Shown here one piece after another: positions 54,025 to 64,000 of a DNA stretch of 64,000 bases. Below the pieces are notes generated by a model. The model saw only the letters and a program-made list of their open reading frames with translations, was not told the origin of the DNA and searched no databases. This DNA is from Octopus vulgaris (Eukaryota): contig OX597824.1 in the NCBI GenBank assembly GCA_951406725.2, positions 43,462,001 to 43,526,000 of the forward strand, in the 5' to 3' direction. Both the position numbers and the translations under genes were made by a program. Position 1 is the first letter of the stretch. Each line of letters starts with the position of its first letter.

Positions 54025-54182
54025 ATATATATATATATATATATGTAAATGCATATATGTATGTATATGTGTTTGTGTCAGTATATGTATGTTTGCATGT
54101 ACATATGTGTACATATGTGTGTGTAGATATGTATCTGCATGATTATATATATATGTGTGTGTGTGTGAGTGTGCGCGTGCGC

Positions 54183-54234
<52 letters not shown>

Positions 54235-54310
54235 GAATAAGTGATCATTCGTACGAAATGTGTTGTGTAGCATAGTAGCATTCAATTCACTTTCTAAGAG
54301 TTATATTTAC

Positions 54311-54469
54311 TTTTAATAACAGTTTAACGCAGCTCCGCACGAAATATTTCTTGGACACGTAGAACAAGTCCATCTTGTCACCTCTTAGGAACAGAACATC
54401 TGATGAATGGATGATTCCTACGCGCCCCAAAATCTTGTCATGTGGAGCTAGGTGAAACTGCTGTTAAAA
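54311..54469. mobile_element. Old MITE-like element with diverged ~55-bp inverted ends
   Basis: ttttaataacagtttaacgcagctccgcacgaaatatttcttggacacgtag versus the reverse complement of the right end, ttttaacagcagtttcacctagctccacatgacaagattttggggcgcgtag. Confidence 0.65.
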
Positions 54470-56491
54470 TACCTTCTCGCATATGTATGTATATGTATGT
54501 GTGTCCGTGCGTGGTTGTGTGTGTATGTATTATGTATGGATGGAATCGATGGATGGATGGATGGATGGGTTGATGGATGGATTTTCACGTGCTCACACAA
54601 GAATGCGTGCGTGAATGTATAACTAGTTGAACGTAATATACTTTGTTAGGCATACATCTCAATATAAATATATATACTCCTATACTTGTATATAATTTTG
54701 CGTGTGCAATGATCCACGTACGGCTGTAGTTATATATGAAGCAATCTATATGAATGTATTTGTATATGTGTATGCGCTTGTGTGTATGAGTGTTTTCGTT
54801 CTCTAAAATTTATAAATTAGTCTCCCCAATGACAATACTTTCCGTGAAATTAAAATCATTATCTAAAATTATATATTCGTTGGGGGTAATGAATATATGC
54901 CCATTTTTGTCAATTATAGAATACAATACATTTCTAACCTTAATAGGAGCAAGCGTTCCGCTTTAGTTGACAGGTGAATTTTTCTAACGACTGTATTTCT
55001 CCCTCTCTCTCTCTCACTCATTCTCTCTCTCCCTTTCTCTCTTTCCCTCGCCCCCTCTCTCTCTTTATACACACACCCACACACACACATACACACAACT
55101 TTACAACTTACTTCGCCAGATTATGGCTCCTCAGATAGTGTCGAGAAAGATATTTTGTAATACCTGTATATGTTAGTTTTTAAAACAAGAACGCGGGCAA
55201 TACCCTATATTTGTATTTGGTATGCTTGAACTATGCGGTGTCTAGCCTTATTGTTTTCGTGATATTCATATATTGATGTTTTCTCATAATCTAACCCTCT
55301 GTCTGTGTGCACGCTTGCGTGTGTGCGCGTGCTTACAGTGCCTGAAACGTGTGTGACCGTATTTTGGGACGGATTCATGTCTTTGTAGAAATATTGTAGT
55401 GTTTGTTGGTGTGTATATTTATGAAAAAGAAAAGGCTTACCTAATGTGATTCTTTGAAATCGAGTCACTGAAAAATGAAAACATTGTAACATTTAACATT
55501 AAGCGAAAGTGCATTGATTATAGAGGAATGTCTGCTAAACAATTTATGAGCAATGTCTCTATCAATATTCAACAGAAAGTAGAAACGGTGACAGAACACA
55601 AGCCGACCAACACATGCATTTTGGGGTAATATATTAATATTTCATATCATTGAAGGGAAACTTTTAGAGCAATATATTACACAGAATCAAAAGCTTTCTG
55701 CAGTTTCTGCACCTTGGAGAAGTTTTCAATCGTAAAGCGCAAAACCAAAACGTAAACAAATGCATGGAATTTATCTCTTTATGTCCTCATATGTATGATT
55801 ACTTCCTTAAATGCGATAACTTCATTACAACAGCGGTAACCCGAAATCCCAACAGAACATAAAAGTTTATTTTTCTTTTTTTCCTTCCCTTTACAAACAA
55901 CATTTCACGACTGAACCAATAATAACACCTAAATGATCTCTTCCATATAGAAATCTCCAGCTTCCGAATAAATGTGTATATAGTAATTCAATAAACTATA
56001 CCATTTCTTCTGCTTTCAGTACTTCGTTTGCAGAAGCCAAAAACTATATGTTGTTTACTTCCTTTTTAATAAATACGCAAATAAGATTCAACATAAACAA
56101 GTGAATTAGTGGACATTGCCCACAAGGGGCTAAACATAGAGGGGACAAACGAGAACAGACAAATGGATTAAGTCGATTACATCGACCCAAGTGTGTAACT
56201 GGTACTTATTTAATCCACCCCGAAAGGAAGAAAGGAAAGTCGACCTCGGCGGAATTTGAACTCAGAACGTAGCGACAGACGAAATAACGCTAAGTATTTT
56301 GCCCGGCGTTGACTGAAGAATTGTATTGTGTCAAAATTAGTAGCTGTACTGTAACACAAGATATTCATATAGTGAATACGTAGAACTCTCCAAATTAGCA
56401 TTACCTTTACTTTTGATAATTAATGCTATAACTCACATGCACATACATACATACATACATACATACATACATACATACATACATACATACA

Positions 56492-56522
<31 letters not shown>

Positions 56523-59500
56523 GAGGGGTTTAGTTGACTGACGATCTAAACGAATAGGTACGCTATGTAAGTGTTATAATTGGTCATCCGTTAGGTTCAA
56601 AGTTCACAGCTGTGGCTGAGGTAGGGATCTGTAGTAGACCTCCGAGTTAACAGGTATATATTACTAGAAAAAGGACAACAAAACTAAGGCAGGGCGAGTA
56701 TCTCAGGTCATTTAGAGTATTTAATTAGAGAAAGGTGAATTAGAAGTAATTAATGTCTTATATTAATTACTCTGAGATATCCCGGATGATGGGTCAGCTT
56801 CTCCATAAACTAAGTATTCCATCATCGGAGACAAGGTATGTAGGAAAGTTCCAGACAGAGAATTCATAGTGTATAAAAGAATAAAACAGCAGATAGAAGA
56901 ATAAAGACTGGAGAATAAAGTTAACAGATTATCTTATTCCAGAGGGTATGGAGGTTGGTCCGTACTTCCGTGAAGGTATAGGTCCTTAAGTATAATCCCA
57001 AGTAAAACCAGGCAAATCCAGGCAATACCGCCTCCGTACACTTCATCTCGTCCCGAATTTTATGTACGTCAACAAGACACCCGGCTTTACTCATGGAAGT
57101 CACAATGCTTACGTACAGAGTTAAAACAGTCTATATGTTTCACAGACCCTAGCTATTTTCGGGATCTGCTTTTTAGTCTCACATAGAACGGTCCAACGTC
57201 CGTAACAGATGTCCTTGTGAAAGGTAATTGCTACAGATAACATTTTAGTTCCTCTTAATAAATCTTAAGTTTCATGCTTGCATAAAAAATTGTTGTTCTT
57301 TCAATAGACCAGGTAACACTACGCCCGTTTGAATACTGTAATGCTTAAATAAACAATTTTGAATTAAGTAAAAAATGCACATGACATACTTCATTTATTG
57401 ATTTTATTTTTTCATCGATTTAGCTGACTGTTGTTTAGCGATCGATGTGTTGTTCTCAAATGAGAAGTATTTCTTAGGGTTATCGTTTAATATAAAATAA
57501 ACTGGCTCATGTTATTGTCGTTGTTTTCAGCTTAGAGTGCCTTGGGTAGTCCTGAATCGATTGTGCTATAAAGTTTAGTCACACGTTTTTCTAGCTACTA
57601 TAGATTATGTTTAACTTTACATAGTTCGACCTATTACCCACATTATCACAAACTTTTATGGGGCTTATTTTACGACAGTGAAATTAAGATCATAGTAGCT
57701 GGCTCTGAATCAGGTGTTAAAAAGTGCCAGCCATTACACTATGGTGTAATCAAGTCCTCATTAACTTCAAATGATCCGGCGTGGGAAGTGATGAAGTCGG
57801 CAAAGTTATATGAGAAGTTGACTCAAATTTGTATCATATAACCTTATAAATGATATAACAACAACATCAACACTGTGAATGCAGCGCTAAAATGTGCTTT
57901 TACAGCAATTGTAGACAGCACTAACCTGGTGGCGGCAAGTAATGTATTAAAAATGGAAAGAACCTACTGAATTATATTGTAATACCCAAGAAGGCCAGGA
58001 TAGTTACAGTTGTGATTTCCTCCATTCAAAGATCTTTGCTATCAACGTAGACTTGTGATTAAACAAAAGCAACAACATGGTCTCGAAATAGGAAGTACAC
58101 ATGTCGTCATAGATGCAGGATGGTTAAAATCGGAATACATTTGGTAACATATATATTAAATCAGAGATAACATAGGCTTAAACATTTGATGATTCAGTAA
58201 AAACCAATGATGAATCATCGTTACATCAAAATTTGATTCTTATGCCTACAAATGTTAGTATTGCAGACAATATTGACGTTACATTTGAGATAAATTTACA
58301 CGTAAGTTAAGATTATTATTGACAAATTATTGGTGTCAATATTTACATCCTTTGTGACACTGCAGTTCTTATATGACATCCTTTTTGACACCAATATAGG
58401 CACAACTGTTAACAATAATTTTCACAGCGTCTTGATCATCACACTAACAGTGATTACACCCTTGTTGACACTAATACTGATGCTACGAGGGACATTAAAG
58501 GAAAGAACGGTATTCTGGGACGTTAATTTTCCAGTTCCCTAGGCATTATTATAGTAAATTTATATATATACAACCAGAAATCTAAGCTACTTGGCATGGA
58601 TTTCAATACAGTACCCTGAATACGCTCATAATATTGCTTATATATGAGTCTAAATAAATTTGTCACTACGTATAAATCTGGGCCTTACTAGTTAATATGT
58701 CGCTGTTCCTATGGTACTCACGCTTGGTGTTTCATAAGGTGTTTAGCTATTTTCCCAAAACCGAATAGCACCACCGTCAAACTTACTGAATACAACCAAA
58801 GTCAAACATGCAGCACCAACGGCAAACTCATCAGCTGAGAGACCTGCTGCCTCCAGCGATCGAAATTGAGAAAATATTGGAATGATAATTCATGATATGA
58901 TTGATAATCTACTGCGAGATTTTGATGATTCTCTGGGTAAGGTAATTACGAAGATCTTCGGAGAATAATAATCTGAGAATAATACCCAAAGACGCAGGAA
59001 GGTTGTGTGGTTATGACGCTTGCTTTGCAACCCATGTGGAAGCCCATCGTATATGTGGATGTATGTCTGTACATCCGTGTTTGTACTCCACCACCGTTTG
59101 ACAACCAGTATTAGTTTGTTTACATCCTCATAAACTAGTAGTTGGGCAAAAGAGACCAATACAATAAGTACCAAACTTGAAACATAAGTACTGTGGTCGC
59201 TTTGTTTGACTAAAGCCCTTGAAGGGAATACCCCAGTATGCCCTCATTTTAATGAATAAAGCATGTAAAGAATAAAAGAATAGATATGTATACTTTTTTC
59301 ATCACTATATAGGTAATTCGGTTAATGCTAAAAAATCTGAAGATCTGAAGAGAAGATTGATATTATAGATTGTTGCAATTTGCCTAAAAAACACGATTGA
59401 CTTAATACAACGATGGACTTTTTTTAATGTTCATTTACCTATTTACATATTTGTGTTCTTTTACATCATTACATATTTCAGATCTTAAATGAGTAATCTA

Positions 59501-59819
59501 TCTGATCTAAGTACAAGATTCACAGTGCCATTATTTTATTAGTTATGTATTTAATATAGGCTTCTATATTTTCTTAAAAGAGAAACGGTCGAGTTGAAAT
59601 AATATTAGACTACCAGCAGACCTGCATTTCAGGCGTCTTTTTGTTTGTGTAGAGACATTTAAATATACAAATATACAGCTGCCCCTACTATCCAAGTGGT
59701 AGATTGACACTAAGAAGCAGGATCTAAGCAATGATCCTTTTAAAGTTCCATTTGTCTTTCGAGAGGTTTTTCTATTTTTCTAATCAAATATGATAATTGT
59801 AATGATCCACCCATAGTTA

Positions 59820-60310
59820 AATTTGTTTGACTGATCTGACTGACTAAATATACAATTGATTTGCTGATTTTCATTGATTGACTGGTTGTTTATAATATAT
59901 TAAGTGCATTTCCCCATTTTCCATGAAAGGTATGTTTGTTTTAAGAAACGAATAATTGATTGACAGAATGATGCATTAACTTAGTGATTTGTTTTATTGA
60001 TCATACTAACTCTATAACTGACAGACTGACTGTCCACTGAACAAACTGACTGATTGGTTGATTGACAAACTAATATTCTGATTGACAGAGGGACTTATCT
60101 GTTGATTAACTGACATGTTGATTAACACTGGTTGGTTGATTGCTTGACTGATTATTTAATTGACTCATTGGCTGATTGTCGGAATGAAATTTTCTGATTA
60201 ACAGACTCATTGATTAATCAGAGAATGGACTAAATGATTGATTACTTCCTTGAGACAATTTATGATAATCCGGCTGTTAGATTGACTGAGAGATAGTATA
60301 ATTGACTCTG
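59820..60310. repeat. Ancient degenerate (TGAT/TGAC)n-like low-complexity tract
   Basis: Dense recurrence of tgac, tgat, ttga and tggt tetramers over about 500 bp. Confidence 0.7.
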
Positions 60311-60586
60311 AGAAATCGACTTATTAAATGGAAGTCTGATTCATTTGACATCTATTTCTACTAAAGGACAAGTCTTGAAATTTGGTAGAAAAAGCGGACT
60401 AGTCAATTACATTGACCCCAGTGCTCGACTGGTACTTATTTCATCTACTCCTGAACGGATGAAAAGCAAAGTCGACTTCGGTGGTATTTGAAAGAGCCCA
60501 AAGACAGGCGGACGAAATGCCACAAATATTTGTGCTAACGATCCTGCCGGTTCGCCGTCTTTAAAATAATAATAATAATAATAATG

Positions 60587-60777
60587 CAAAGACACCAGGA
60601 CAAACAAGTATATATAACATACAGAAAATAGCACTGCTAGGTACGCACACATTCTACGTAAAACACTTTCAATACAGTAAAAATAAGAGCATCACAACAA
60701 ATCACAGCACATACCCAGAGCACACAGAGCTGCGTTCGGTAGTGCAGTGAAAACATGTGATAAAAATAAGACTACTG
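60587..60777 (+). mobile_element. 5'-truncated Dong/R4-like non-LTR retrotransposon 3' end next to (TAA)n
   Basis: TPGQTSIYNIQKIALLGT(fs)HILRKTLSIQ* (stop 60678-60680) matches the R4/Dong C-terminal QKxxLLGTAxILR motif. It is preceded by (TAA)n, the known Dong target. Confidence 0.8.
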
Positions 60778-61235
60778 CTGCCTTGGAACAGAAAGATTGC
60801 AATGCCGTCTGTTCCTTCGCCATTTTGGTGTTCTAACCCTTCTAACTCCAATTCCGACGGAAAACTGGCTTCGGTTCACGATATCACTGAGGGCGGAATG
60901 CCGAGAGAAACGGAACTTGAGAAAATGTACTGTTCAGAAATGCCTGAAGACATTGATATTCTGTTCGTTGAAACTCTCACGTCTTGTTGGATGGAAATCA
61001 GTTTACTTGGTGTTAGCTACGAATCCTAAGTCAGAATATGTTACAAACGTATATTGACCTAGTTAATTTATATGCTTTATTCATTTCTAATATATCAAAT
61101 ATCAACCTTCATTTTGCAAAATAAATGTAAAAGATGAGCTGTACTTAAAATGAGATATTTTCTGTATGCTAAAATGTTTGTGTGTGCGCGTGTGTATGTG
61201 TGCGAATGTGTGAGTGTGTGTGTACGTACATATAA

Positions 61236-61270
<35 letters not shown>

Positions 61271-61366
61271 AATATATATATATATGTTTGTGTGTATATT
61301 TATATACTTACATATATGTTTGTATAAGTACATGCACACGCCCACACTCAACACACACGCACATAC

Positions 61367-61418
<52 letters not shown>

Positions 61419-61456
61419 TTGATTTTACTCATCTCCTTTTAGCTCTCTTCTCTCTT

Positions 61457-61502
<46 letters not shown>

Positions 61503-62057
61503 GATTTCTCCCATTCTTCCTCGAATTCTAACCTTCTCAATCGCGCTTATCTCTCTCTCGTCCTCTCTCTTTCTATGTATTTATCTGTCTATCTATCTCT
61601 CACACAATTATTATTCCTTTCTCCTTTTTTAAATTTTGAGAATAACCAATAATTCTTCAAATTAGCAGTCATTCACTGGAAAACTTAAATCGTTGTACAT
61701 AATTCATCGATTGAAATATTGCTTGTTTAATTCTTTCGTTTTATTTCTCTTCCCAAACCCCACCTTTTGAAAATTCTTTTGCTGTTTTACTTAGATGACA
61801 TAGTAAAATAGAAAAGGGATTTATTACAGCAGAATTCTTATAACTGTTGTAACCGTTGTTGTTGTTGATGATGCTCCATATTCAATATTTGCCCCTCATG
61901 CCGTTAGTCTTGTTGCAGTATTAGTACTTTTGCTCTCTCTTTCCTGCTGTTGTCAGTGACGCTATTGTTAATGTTGTTATTTTTGTTAATGTTTTCTTCG
62001 AGGTTGACTGGATTGAGAGTATTATTTTCCTTCATTCAACTAATGCTGCCATTCTTT

Positions 62058-62103
<46 letters not shown>

Positions 62104-62666
62104 ATTTCATCACATCTATTTAATGTCTATGAAGAGAGGTGGGTTTCTTAAATCGAGAGTAAAGGACGTATTGGAATTTGGGATTGTGTTTGATTACGTT
62201 TACATATGAGTGTGCGTATGTACATGTGTGTTTTTCTATAACATATTTGGAAATCTTGTTCTTTATTATTTCCTTGTTTTTTTCTTCAGTTTCCACTGAT
62301 ACATTTTTGTTTTCTTTTGGTTAGTTTCTTTTGTGTTTCCTTAGCTTTTTTCACTCAATTTCTTTTTTTTTTTTTTTTCATTTTTGTTAAGATAAATCAA
62401 TTAAGACATAAAATGTCATTCGCCTTCCACTGGTTCACATTTTCTTTTCTCTATTTTTTTCTCTCATCTCTGATCCTCTCCACCTCCCTCTATTCCCCTC
62501 TTTTTCCTTTGTACCACTCTTTTATTCTACATAACTTGCCAGTATTTGTTTACCCACTCTACTCCTCACATAATTCTCTTTCTAATCCGGCCTTTTTTTG
62601 TGTTCTTTTTTCACTTCTCTCCACCTCATTTTTCATATTTTCTTAATTTGTTTATTTATTTCATTC

Positions 62667-62900
62667 ACTTCTTCCTCTTCTTTTTCTTCTTCCTCTTCTT
62701 TTTCTTCTTCCTCTTCTTTTTCTTCTTCCTCTTCTTTTTCTTCTTCCTCTTCTTTTTCTTCTTCCTCTTCTTTTTCTTCTTCCTCTTCTTTTTCTTCTTC
62801 CTCTTCTTTTTTCTTCTTTTTCTCTTTCCTCTTCATTTTCTTCTTCTTCCACTTCTTTCTCTTCTTCCTCTTCTTCCTCTTCTTCTTTTTCTTCTTCACC
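62667..62900. repeat. 18-bp pure-pyrimidine minisatellite (TTTTTCTTCTTCCTCTTC)n grading into (TTC)n
   Basis: About eight tandem 18-mers at ~62667-62815, then degenerate TTC repeats. The ORFs here (poly-F, EEEEEK) are artefacts. Confidence 0.95.
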
Positions 62901-63207
62901 ACGTTTATTTTATTTTAATTATTTTCTTTTCATCGTTCTTATTCGTTTTCCATCTTCTTCCTTATTATTGCTACTACTTATTCTTATTATCTTCTACATT
63001 TGATAATAAAAGAAGGCCGAAAATACTGACAAAAGCCATTGTTCTTGGTGGTGGTGTTGGTACAACCACTACTAAACACAACGGGATTGTCATAATAATA
63101 GAAGTGTTTGATCAGGGCTGATCCAAATGGGCTAAATAATAAGCACAATGTAAAATTTGACTATTTGCAAATCACATAAAATCTTATTTCTGTGTGTGTA
63201 TGTGTGC

Positions 63208-63265
<58 letters not shown>

Positions 63266-64000
63266 ACGCGCATGCGTGATTGCCGCTGTGCGCACGCGAT
63301 TTAGAATTTCGGTCAGATGACAGGTGGAAATATCATCACGTGCAAATCTCCAACTCCAACTAAGACACTATCACTAAAAGCAACACTAAACGAAAAAACA
63401 AAGCACTCACTACAAAATCGTCATTATACATCCAAATGCTATCATTCTAAGCTAATCACTATCACCACTACTACCATCAATAGCAACATCAAAAATGCGA
63501 TCTCCAAAAGAAACACAAATACTATCAAACGAAAATATTTCTGCAAATTATGACCGGTTTTATTTTATCAAATTTTCTTTTGTCGACTTCTTTCTCAATT
63601 TTCAAAGCTTATGCCTATCTGGCGGTCTCTTTATCCCTTCATCCACAAACGTTTCTTGTTATTTCCCGTGATGTGTTTATTCTTATGTGAACGTGGTTAG
63701 AGTAATAAACAAATACACATAGAAGGACACATACTAATAACAATAATACCACATTAAAAATTATTGTCTGTTGGGATGATAATCTGATGAGGAGGTACTT
63801 TCATTCTTGATTTTCCTTGACAAAGACATCCGGCAAAGTAGCCTTTTTGCATTGGCATATGCGGGAGTATTGGTTGATTTGTTATTCTTGAGACTGTAAC
63901 TGGCTTATAACGTTTCATAATGCCAGCGTTAATTTCTAGTGTATGAAACTCTCAACTTTTTCATGCCAGTAAATCTACTCTCTCTCTCTCTCTCTCTCTC

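Noticed and set aside
57740-58300. Non-repetitive coding-like block
   Set aside because: It has multiple stops and no motif I recognise, so I cannot support a call.
63781-63815. CTGATGA followed by a small stem (ggag-gta-cttt)
   Set aside because: There is no GAAA or stem III. The isolated CTGATGA hits at ~23821, 25180, 30377, 35730 and 54400 fail in the same way.

Overview
This is eukaryotic, AT-rich, microsatellite-saturated DNA. The SINE families resemble those I recall from Octopus, so a cephalopod origin is an inference. I found no intact host protein-coding gene, rRNA, true tRNA or CRISPR array, and nearly all ORFs in the supplied track are translated simple repeats. The window is a graveyard of decayed mobile elements: an RTE-clade LINE, a CR1/L2-like 3' fragment, a Penelope-like element (PLE), a CRE-like element with a restriction-like endonuclease, a Dong/R4 3' end, Tc1, mariner and hAT relics, MITEs, and many copies of about four tRNA-derived SINE families. 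The most notable signals are: (i) minimal hammerhead-ribozyme-like motifs in PLE-type termini, the best one inside a near-perfect 157-bp palindrome at 7476-7632; (ii) many fold-back palindromes; (iii) head-to-tail SINE dimers sharing one junction, one bounded by a single 18-bp TSD; (iv) a one-sided strand bias of the long (GATA)n/(GGTA)n arrays. I cannot claim a new biological system from this sequence alone. All homology calls come from manual translation and motif recognition, not database searches, and most element boundaries are approximate.
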